A stretch of DNA of 64,000 nucleotides from Macrostomum lignano (lineage: Eukaryota): the NCBI GenBank assembly GCA_002269645.1, contig NIVC01002389.1:62001-126000 (forward strand), given 5' to 3'. The translations under genes and the position numbers were made by a program. Each line of letters opens with the position of its first letter. The stretch's first letter is position 1. The notes beneath the pieces are model-generated. The model searched no databases. It was not told the DNA's origin and was given only the letters and a program-made list of their open reading frames with translations. Positions 54,583 to 62,303 of this stretch are shown here, one piece after another.

Positions 54583-55650
54583 ATGGAAAAGATTTACTTT
54601 AACCCTGAGCAGCCAGCAAGCTTTTCTGGCTGCAATAAATTTATTAATGAAGTTCGCACGCAGGGTATCCGAGTGAGTGAAAAAGCTGCGAAAAACTGGC
54701 TTAACGATCAGACAGTCTACACATTACATAAGCCAGCAAGGAGGAATTATCCGAGGGCCCCAATCATAGTTCGAAGTATTGATGACCAATGGGAGTTGGA
54801 TCTGGTGGAGATGATTCCTTTTTCCAAGTATAATAACGGCTACAGGTATATTCTAACATGCATTGATGTGCTGTCCAAGTACGGATGGGCGAGGGCATTA
54901 AAGAACAAGTCTTCTATTGAAGTGAAGTCGGCATTCGAGAGCATATTAAGAAGTTCAAAGCGGCAACCGCGCACTGTTCGCACTGATCAGGGGAAAGAGT
55001 TTATCAACTCTACTTTTCGCCAATGCTGTATGGAAAGGGGAATCCTGGCATTCCCAACCAACAGTGAGCAGAAGGCGGCTGTCATTGAACGATGGAACCG
55101 AACTTTAAAGAGCAAAATGTGGCGCTACTTCACTCACAACAGCACTCTGCATTGGCTTGATGTGTTGCCTAAGCTAGTGAAGTCCTACAACAAAACATAC
55201 CACAGAAGCATACGAATGGCCCCAACGAATGTCAGCCAGGAGAACGAGTCCGAGGTCTGGATGAGCCTATATGACGGGAAAGCGATTGAAACTGTGGAAA
55301 AGCTGGGAAAGCCAAAGTTCAGCGAAAACCAGTCTGTGCGGATTTCCAATGCACCCAGGCTTTTTAGAAAAGGGTACAAGGCCAACTGGAGCGAAGAAGT
55401 GTACACGGTGGTGTCCAGAGCTCCAAAGCATTATCCCTACATGTACAAGATAAAAGACATGAAAGGAGAAGAGATTCGTGGGCTTTTTCACGAGCATGAA
55501 CTGCAGGCCGTTCCGGAGTCGCAGCGGCTGTATGTGATTGAAAAGATTTTGAAGACTGAGAAGCGGCAGGGAAAGATCCGATATCTGGTCAAGTGGGCCG
55601 GCTACGACTCCACTGACTGGGTGGATGAGAAGGACTTAAGAAAAGTGTAA
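54583..55650 (+). CDS. Polinton retroviral-like DDE integrase with C-terminal chromodomain
   Basis: YFNPEQPASFSG N-terminus; WELDL / RTDQGKEF / VIERWNRTLK catalytic D-D-E; chromodomain YVIEKIL...YLVKWAGY...WV. Confidence 0.95.
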   Translation: MEKIYFNPEQPASFSGCNKFINEVRTQGIRVSEKAAKNWLNDQTVYTLHKPARRNYPRAPIIVRSIDDQWELDLVEMIPFSKYNNGYRYILTCIDVLSKYGWARALKNKSSIEVKSAFESILRSSKRQPRTVRTDQGKEFINSTFRQCCMERGILAFPTNSEQKAAVIERWNRTLKSKMWRYFTHNSTLHWLDVLPKLVKSYNKTYHRSIRMAPTNVSQENESEVWMSLYDGKAIETVEKLGKPKFSENQSVRISNAPRLFRKGYKANWSEEVYTVVSRAPKHYPYMYKIKDMKGEEIRGLFHEHELQAVPESQRLYVIEKILKTEKRQGKIRYLVKWAGYDSTDWVDEKDLRKV

Positions 55651-55680
55651 GATGCCGACATTGTGCAGCCATTCCCAATT

Positions 55681-56490
55681 ATGAGAAGCATCATCATTAA
55701 CAGCGAAAATGCTGAAGGTACTCCTGCTGACTTTCATTTTCACCTGCCTTCACCTATTTACTTGGATCGAAATGTGGACTATGAGGCAGGTCTGGCTGAA
55801 ATCCATCTGCCTGCTGCATGGTTCAATGTTGACGAGCCTTACTGCTTCACTGTCTCAGATGGAAGAGAGCATGAGGCCTTGGTTCTTCAACCCGGACGCT
55901 TTGCTAGAGTGGAGGAGTTGGTGGAGCGCATGAATGAGCTGCTGGCCAACTCTGAGTCACTGTTCTTCGATGCAATGAGTGAGAGGGAGTCTGAAATGGA
56001 GGCTGATGAGTCTGGTTTAATGGGGCGGAGCAGCGCTAGAGATATTGGCATAAAGTTTGAGATCCAAGAATTGAGAACGGTAGTGCTCAACAACACGGCT
56101 CGAGCAGAATTATTCCTTCCATCAAGTAAAATTCTGCAGTGGCTGGGATTCGGAAATCAGTCCGTGAAAATTCCACCTGGGCGCCAAGTTTCCATGTACC
56201 ACATTGGCTGCCCGCCCACCAATCTGATCAACGTGCATTGTAGCATTGTGGAGTCAACTAATTGCAACTGGAATTCCCTGCTGCGAACTGTGAACATGAA
56301 TCCTGAAGCCGGATGGGGAAGCTACTGGAGCAAAGTGTTTAAGAAAACAGTTTTCTTCCCCATTCAGAAAACAAATTTTCTACACAGCATTCGAGTTCAA
56401 CTGCGAGACATCTTTGGCTTCTCACTGACTGCTCATAGCGGCAGCCCTGTTCTGCTCACAATTCTGATACGTGAGAGACCAATGCAATGA
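55681..56490 (+). CDS. Minor capsid (penton) protein
   Basis: IIINS..N....DF.FHLP.PI.L...YE.GL.EI N-terminus and INVHCSIVE...LLRTV...SIRVQLRD C-terminus, typical of Polinton pentons; located between integrase and MCP. Confidence 0.8.
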   Translation: MRSIIINSENAEGTPADFHFHLPSPIYLDRNVDYEAGLAEIHLPAAWFNVDEPYCFTVSDGREHEALVLQPGRFARVEELVERMNELLANSESLFFDAMSERESEMEADESGLMGRSSARDIGIKFEIQELRTVVLNNTARAELFLPSSKILQWLGFGNQSVKIPPGRQVSMYHIGCPPTNLINVHCSIVESTNCNWNSLLRTVNMNPEAGWGSYWSKVFKKTVFFPIQKTNFLHSIRVQLRDIFGFSLTAHSGSPVLLTILIRERPMQ

Positions 56491-56903
56491 ACTATCAGCA
56501 GCTGATTCGGCAGTATTCAGGGACTCGGACGGGAAATGAAAAGTCCATGCTCTATGGCTGCGGGAGTTTTCCTGGAATAATGACTTACCAGCCTCCTCCA
56601 GCACCTTCCATAACATCATCATCATCATTAGCATCAAAGCCTGTACAAACCAGCAGTAGCAGCAGAAGCAATAGTACGAGTAATAGAAACATAGGAAATC
56701 AAGGACAGGCTAAAAAGGTGAATAAAAAGCAGGTGCGCATGAAGAAGAAGAAAAAAGTGGCGAAGCACGCAAAACAAGCAAGGTCAGAACAAGCAAGCAA
56801 CCTAAGAAAAGAACGACTAAAACACAGACCAAGAAAACAGGCAAAGAAAACAAAAAGTGGGCAAAGAAACTGTGAAGCGTGTTCTGGACTCACTCTCATA
56901 GCA
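56487..56903 (+). CDS. Basic K/R-rich small protein (putative core/DNA-condensing, PZ-like); reads in frame into the MCP N-terminus as assembled
   Basis: ATGA overlap with the penton stop; very K/R/Q-rich second half; position immediately before MCP. Confidence 0.5.
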
Positions 56904-58186
56904 ATGGCTTACGGATTCAACCCGAGACTCGATTTGTTCAAGTCCCCCGTGCTGCAGACTGCTATTGAAAAATCACGTATGTTGATATTCACCCCGTGAA
57001 CTCTATTTCTACTAACTCACCAATTGAATTCGACTGCCATCCATCGGCTGATGAGTACACTGATCTGCTGAGCTCATTCCTGTATATTCGCTGTCGCCTA
57101 GTCCGGCTTGGCGGGGCTTTGATGAGGGAGGAGGTTCGGAATGCCGATGGAGTTGTCACTGAGCGCAGAGACAGTGGGGTGCACCCAGAAAACTTTGTCC
57201 TATCTACGGCATTCTCAGATGTAATCGTGAGCATCAACCAGCGCATTGTCTCTGGCGGAGACCAGCTCTACCCCTACCATGCCTACCTAAAAGCTCTCAT
57301 GAGCTCATCCGATGCTCAGCAGTTAAATTTCTACCCCGCCGGATTCCTGGAACCCGAAACTGCTGCTGAGGGGCATGCCGAGAGACACAGGGAGTCCCGC
57401 TGGGTGGAGTATGCGGGACCGCTGCTCAGCGACATCTTCCAGTGTCCTGTTCTGCTGCTGAACAATTTACACCTGCACATCAAGCTGATGCCCAGTGAAG
57501 CTGCATTTGCCATCCGAACCCCAGATGAGAACAACACAGCCTACCGAATTGAAATTTCCCATTGTATTCTGAACCTGCGCCGAGTCAAAGTGGCGCCTCA
57601 CATCAGCCTAGCGCATGAGCAGGGACTTACCAATCAGAACGCACTTTACCCCATCGAGCGAACCGAAATGCAAAACTTCATTCTACCCCAGGGAATTCAG
57701 TCAAAAAACATTGAAGGATTCACCCATGGCAAACTGCCGAAGTTCGTTATGCTGGTCTTCGTGAACCACCGAGCCTTCAATGGCCATCACCATTCCAGCC
57801 CCTTCGAGTTCCAGAGCTTCAACCTCAGCCAGCTAGCACTAAAGAAAGGTGGTGAAGCCATGTGCCACGCTGCATTTGCACCTGAGAATAATTCATTCGT
57901 GAGAGAGTACTTGCACTACCTGAAAAGCTGTCAGTCTGCCAGCCCTACCAACTCGGTTCCGTGGGTCCCCTACCAGTTGTTCTCCAACGGCAACACAGCT
58001 TTCGCATTCGATCTCACGCCTGAGGGAGCGGCCCTGTGGTACGGACAGAAGGAGGGAAATTTGCGGCTGGAGATTCGCTTCCGACAGGCCCTGGAGGAGC
58101 CTGTATCTCTGATTGTTATGTGCCTGTATGACTCACTGATTGAGGTCACGAAGCACAGGGAGATTCTGCTAGATTTTCCATCCTAG
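56904..58186 (+). CDS. Major capsid protein (double jelly-roll hexon) with a 1-nt frameshift near 56978
   Basis: MAYGFNPRLDLFKSPVLQTAIEKSR (frame A) continues as YVDIHPVNSISTNSPIEF (frame B), the conserved Polinton MCP start. Further motifs: LYPYHAYL, LRRVKV, YPIER, GKLP, FNG...PFEFQ, FAFDLTP, GNLRLEIRF. Confidence 0.9.
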
Positions 58187-58209
58187 GAGTACGCTGGCGC
58201 AACGCTAAT

Positions 58210-58728
58210 ATGGATGCTTTTCAACTGCTTAAACTGGCTAAAAGCTTTTTGCCACAAAATAACTATTTAATTATTGTCTTGAATTCAATAAATAAAACAT
58301 CTTATGCTTTAAACTTTATTCAGCGAGCAACTCTCAAAAGAAATTTATCTCGATGTAGGTTTATTTTCTTTCTGCTTCAGTACGGCTCGTCCTTTGGTCA
58401 CTGGGTGGTTTGTTATGCCAATAAGGAGAATTCCATAGAACTCTTTAACTCTCTGGGCTGGGACTCAAGCACTTTAGAGATCATTCACAGAGCACTGAAA
58501 TCCTTTTGGTATTCTCCATTCTACTTACGTAGCAATGTGAATCGAATTCAGAGCTGCAACTCTGCTAAATGCGGTTTGTTCTGTCTCTTGTTTGCCTATC
58601 AAAAGTTTCGTTTCAAGCGCTCGTTTGAGTGGGTTCTGCGGCACCTCCATGCAAATCAGCAGAGCCACTTGAATGAAAGAATTCTGCAAAGGTTTGAGAG
58701 TTGCTTAAGAAAAAATAAATTTAATTAG
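58210..58728 (+). CDS. Adenain-like cysteine (maturation) protease
   Basis: GHWV (His), FNSLG (where FDS is usual), IQS (Gln), CGLFC (Cys). Confidence 0.82.
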   Translation: MDAFQLLKLAKSFLPQNNYLIIVLNSINKTSYALNFIQRATLKRNLSRCRFIFFLLQYGSSFGHWVVCYANKENSIELFNSLGWDSSTLEIIHRALKSFWYSPFYLRSNVNRIQSCNSAKCGLFCLLFAYQKFRFKRSFEWVLRHLHANQQSHLNERILQRFESCLRKNKFN

Positions 58729-58761
58729 ACTTTTAAAATCAAGGATTTAGCTCAACAGGCG

Positions 58762-59415
58762 ATGGAAACACGTGAGCGGATAAACTGTTATGATGTGCGC
58801 CTGCGACAAGGAAGCTGCATGATTGTCAGCGGGCCTACAAATGCAGGAAAGACAACCTTCGTGAAACATCTGATACAATACAAGGATGTCATGTTTGATG
58901 TGAAGCCTGGGAGAGTTCTGTGGTACTACGGAATTTCACAAGCAGCACACTCTGAGCTCAGCAGTCTCGGCGTGCACTTGCAGCAGGGATTTCCCAGCAG
59001 TATCGAGACCGCACTGAGACCCAATGACCTGGTTGTATTTGATGACCTGATTGAAGAAACTTCCAATTCTGCTGCAATGCGAAATGTTTTCACTGGAATT
59101 GCCCATCATTTGCCCTGCTTTCTGGTTATGCTGACCCAAAATGTATTTTTTAAAGGGAAGGAGTTGCGAACAATGAGTCTGAATGCGATGTACTTTGTGA
59201 TCATGAAGAACCCCAGAGACCAGCTGCAGATTGCGGCGCTGGGCAGGCAGTGTTTTGCTGAGAAGCCCGGCTTTCTGCTGTCAGTGTTCAAGCACGTGAC
59301 ATCGCACGGCAGGGGAGCCTACCTGCTCCTGGATTTTCACCCTTCCACCCCTGATGAGCTGCGGGTCCGGGCTCGAATCCTGCCCAATCAGCGACCCCAC
59401 CTGGTTTACACTTAA
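58762..59415 (+). CDS. A32/FtsK-family genome packaging ATPase
   Basis: Walker A GPTNAGKT, Walker B LVVFDDL, HH...TQN, SLNAMY, KNPRD motifs. Confidence 0.93.
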   Translation: METRERINCYDVRLRQGSCMIVSGPTNAGKTTFVKHLIQYKDVMFDVKPGRVLWYYGISQAAHSELSSLGVHLQQGFPSSIETALRPNDLVVFDDLIEETSNSAAMRNVFTGIAHHLPCFLVMLTQNVFFKGKELRTMSLNAMYFVIMKNPRDQLQIAALGRQCFAEKPGFLLSVFKHVTSHGRGAYLLLDFHPSTPDELRVRARILPNQRPHLVYT

Positions 59416-59462
59416 GAATAACAGCCGAGATTTTGCCATTTGCTCTATATTCTGCAACACTA

Positions 59463-59780
59463 ATGATAATGGAAACATTCGACTCACATGAAAGTTTGTT
59501 TGATGTTCTCGCCTCACCGAAATATTCCATCAGCTTTAAACGTCTGTTGATCAGAGCGGGTCCAAAAGCAGTACATGAATTTCTCATTGAGGCCTGCTAT
59601 AACCTATTGCAAAACACTCTGTCGTTCTCACTCACTGAAAAGGCAGCGCTAGTGAAGCAAAAGCAAATAATCCGCAAAATTTCTACACATAGAAGAGCTG
59701 CGGATCTGCTAAATACGGGTTTTATCAAAATTCTCTACATTCTAATAAAGCTAGTGAAGAAAAAGAAACAAAATGAATAA
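59463..59780 (+). CDS. Small conserved Polinton/adintovirus ORF (EACYNLL motif, basic hydrophobic C-terminus)
   Basis: LIEACYNLLQNTLSFS...KQIIRKI...TGFI..LYILI resembles, from memory, the small ORF that follows the ATPase in Polintons. Overlaps the next ATG. Confidence 0.55.
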   Translation: MIMETFDSHESLFDVLASPKYSISFKRLLIRAGPKAVHEFLIEACYNLLQNTLSFSLTEKAALVKQKQIIRKISTHRRAADLLNTGFIKILYILIKLVKKKKQNE

Positions 59781-60465
59781 GTTCTCAGAAATGGTTCTGA
59801 TCCCCAAGTCAGAATACGACATGCTCACACAGAATTTGAAGCCAGTTGAGTCTGAACTCGACACTGCTGTGAGATATGCGCAGAGGAAATGCAATGATAT
59901 TTTGCTTGCCGAGGATTGCCCAGACGATGTGAAAGCTGCCATGTACCATGATGCGATGAAGAGTTTGCTGGCCAAGCGCAAGCGGACTGGAAAGGATGAT
60001 GCGGTACCTGCGAGTGATGCAAAGATGCTGAAAACTGATATTGCACCAAGCAGCTGGGGGGAAAAGATCACCCAATCCGTGCCGCAGAAGTTTAAAGCGA
60101 GAGCCCGCAGTCTATGGGCCATCCTATCTGGCAATCCTTCTCTGATTCGGGTGTCCGAAAATGGCGAGGCGCAAATTTGTGGGAAGACAATACCCTCCTC
60201 AAACATCCTGGATTTGTTTCACAGTGCCGTGAGGGATTCGAAATGTGCCAGCGAGCCGGTGGGCTGGAGTGAGTTTGTCTCATTGCTCCAAGATAAAAAG
60301 CTTAACATCCCAGCTTCGGCCATAGGAAAGTCAGTTAGGCAGCTAATTTCTAAACCTGCTGTTTCTCCAGAGGCCGCCCCTGCTCATCATACAGTTAAAG
60401 GATTCGGGAGTGGGAGAGCTTGGCTACAGCTGAACAGGAAAAAACTATTTAAGAAGGGGAACTGA
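59773..60465 (+). CDS. Conserved hypothetical Polinton protein
   Basis: KMVLIP-like start; SVPQKFKARARSL...ENGE..ICGKTIPSSNILDL...PVGWSEF...NIPASAIG is a recurring Maverick ORF pattern. Confidence 0.65.
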   Translation: MNKFSEMVLIPKSEYDMLTQNLKPVESELDTAVRYAQRKCNDILLAEDCPDDVKAAMYHDAMKSLLAKRKRTGKDDAVPASDAKMLKTDIAPSSWGEKITQSVPQKFKARARSLWAILSGNPSLIRVSENGEAQICGKTIPSSNILDLFHSAVRDSKCASEPVGWSEFVSLLQDKKLNIPASAIGKSVRQLISKPAVSPEAAPAHHTVKGFGSGRAWLQLNRKKLFKKGN

Positions 60466-60505
60466 GTCGGCTTCCCGATATCAGGCATCTTGAAACCATC
60501 CGATC

Positions 60506-61351
60506 ATGAACTATATTGACTTCCAAGGCTTCCCACGCGAGAGATCGAGCAGAGATTTCGTTGTGAAGGAGCTAGCCATTGCCCAAGTCCGGGCAGGCAG
60601 TTACCATATCACTCATCACGTGTACGCCTCTCCGTTCTCATGGGAGCGAATCTCACCTGAGATGCAGGTGCATTACAGAAAGCTCTCAAAGAATTTGCAT
60701 CATTTCAAGTGGACAGATGGATCCCGATCGTACATGCATTTGGCAAATGACATTCTAAACATTGCTTACGGCCCCACCTGGACAAGCGGGGTGAAAAAGT
60801 CCATCTTTCTGACTGAGCTGCTTGGCAGACAGGTGTACAACCTAGAGGATCTGGGATCACCTTTGATTCAAGCATCTGATACTGGTTGTGCAGTGAAAAA
60901 TGTATTGCTCTACTACAACTGGCTGAAGCCAAAGTTCTGTATCAACTTAAGAAGCGAGGTGTGCCCGCACCACTCAAAGGCTCTCAAAGACAGCACCACT
61001 GACAGAAAGGACTCTCTAAATGAGTACACCTGCGACAGCCCTGCGAGTGACCAATCTGGTTGGCGGCGTGGATCTGAGGCTGGCTGGAGGCAGGGGTGCC
61101 CAGTTGCCTCTGCGGGAACTGGCTCTCAGCATGGCTCATGTCATCTATCGCCCCGTCTGGCCCCGAGTGCTCATCAAGAGGATGCGGAATCCCAGAGTGA
61201 CTCTGTTGCTCTATCCGACTGGACAACTGAGTATCTGTGGCGCCCGGAGCTACTCGGCCTCAGTCAAGGCTGCCCGTCGCTTCGTGGCTATGCTGCATCG
61301 CAGAGTTCCGCCTCAACTGCTGCCTCGTCAATCCGTTTGTGTCCGAATTAA
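60506..61351 (+). CDS. DEDD/DnaQ-like nuclease-fold protein; C-terminal third overlaps the TBP-like ORF
   Basis: IDFQGF...FVVKELAI...HHFKWTDG..Y...KKSIFL...VYNLEDLG...CAVKNV..YYNWL is a pattern seen in invertebrate Polintons. Fold assignment is from memory. Confidence 0.55.
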   Translation: MNYIDFQGFPRERSSRDFVVKELAIAQVRAGSYHITHHVYASPFSWERISPEMQVHYRKLSKNLHHFKWTDGSRSYMHLANDILNIAYGPTWTSGVKKSIFLTELLGRQVYNLEDLGSPLIQASDTGCAVKNVLLYYNWLKPKFCINLRSEVCPHHSKALKDSTTDRKDSLNEYTCDSPASDQSGWRRGSEAGWRQGCPVASAGTGSQHGSCHLSPRLAPSAHQEDAESQSDSVALSDWTTEYLWRPELLGLSQGCPSLRGYAASQSSASTAASSIRLCPN

Positions 61352-61586
61352 GACTATTACTGCTTATGGAAAAATAGACTTGCCCAAGGCTCTATCACTA
61401 AGAAACCTCTGTGAAGTGCTACCGAATGCGAAATATGAACCTGAAAGTTTTACTGCTTTAGTTTGTCAGCTTCAATACTGCAAGTGTACGCTTTTTCACA
61501 ATGGCTCATTTGTGCTCAGCGGAGCAAAGTCTAAGCATATGCTACAATCAGACCGTTCCCTATTAGCTTGCTTGCTTTCAAACTGA
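61020..61586 (+). CDS. TATA-binding protein (TBP)-like protein, two-repeat core only, 188 aa
   Basis: Repeat 1: LRVTNLVGGVDL...IYRPVWPRVLIKRMRNPRVTLLLYPTGQLSICGARSYSASVKAARRF. Repeat 2: VRIKTITAYGKI...KYEPESFTALVCQL...CTLFHNGSFVLSGAKS. Aligns with cellular TBP (QNIV...[35 protein letters not shown]...AARKY; YEPELFPGLIY...IFVSGKVVLTGAK). Confidence 0.88.
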   Translation: MSTPATALRVTNLVGGVDLRLAGGRGAQLPLRELALSMAHVIYRPVWPRVLIKRMRNPRVTLLLYPTGQLSICGARSYSASVKAARRFVAMLHRRVPPQLLPRQSVCVRIKTITAYGKIDLPKALSLRNLCEVLPNAKYEPESFTALVCQLQYCKCTLFHNGSFVLSGAKSKHMLQSDRSLLACLLSN

Positions 61587-61587
61587 A

Positions 61588-61610
61588 ATAAATAAAAAGA
61601 AAGAATAAAT
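61588..61610 (+). terminator. Poly(A) signals closing the plus-strand viral gene block
   Basis: Repeated AATAAA immediately after the TBP-like stop. An opposite-strand AATAAA (TTTATT) at ~62016 follows the PolB stop. Confidence 0.5.
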
Positions 61611-62146
61611 CGCGGCTTGTTTAATTAAAATATTCAAATTAATTCTCTCTCATGCACTAGCTTTTTTGTCTTCATTTTTAATTGCAATGAAAAACCAGTG
61701 GTGAACATCTTGTAGAGATAAACAAATAGCAAGCTAAAAGCAAATACGAGCAAGCAGATAAACCACTACAAAAATAGGAAAAAATAGTCCAAAAGCAGAT
61801 GGAATATATTAAAACTTATAAAGCAATATCAGGATTCAAAAAACCAACCACAAAGTACAGGTAAAATTAGAAAAAAATAAAACTCTCACATGCCATCACC
61901 GCAAACACCACCACCACCACTAACGAAGCATTGGTTTCATTATCATCATCGCGCAATTGTAAGTAAATATTGTGAAGCAAAAAATTGTTGCTAGCCTCAG
62001 CAGATGATCAAAGTTTTTATTGCATGCGGAAAAAATCCTATTTAGATTAGCGGTTAACCTTTATTCAATGTCAAAGAAAGAAACTTTGAAATCGCAAAGA
62101 AATTATTGTTTTTGTTTAGCAAGCTTGTTGTACTCATTATTCAATT

Positions 62147-62234
62147 TCAAAGTAGTCGGCGCCGTTTTGATGATTTCTGCTGCTGTTGCTGCTGCTGCTG
62201 TTGTTGTTGTTGTTGTTGTTGTTGCTGCTGTTGC

Positions 62235-62303
<69 letters not shown>

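Noticed and set aside
56960-56985. Programmed -1 ribosomal frameshift signal in MCP
   Set aside because: No in-frame X XXY YYZ heptamer; a simple 1-nt deletion explains the shift.
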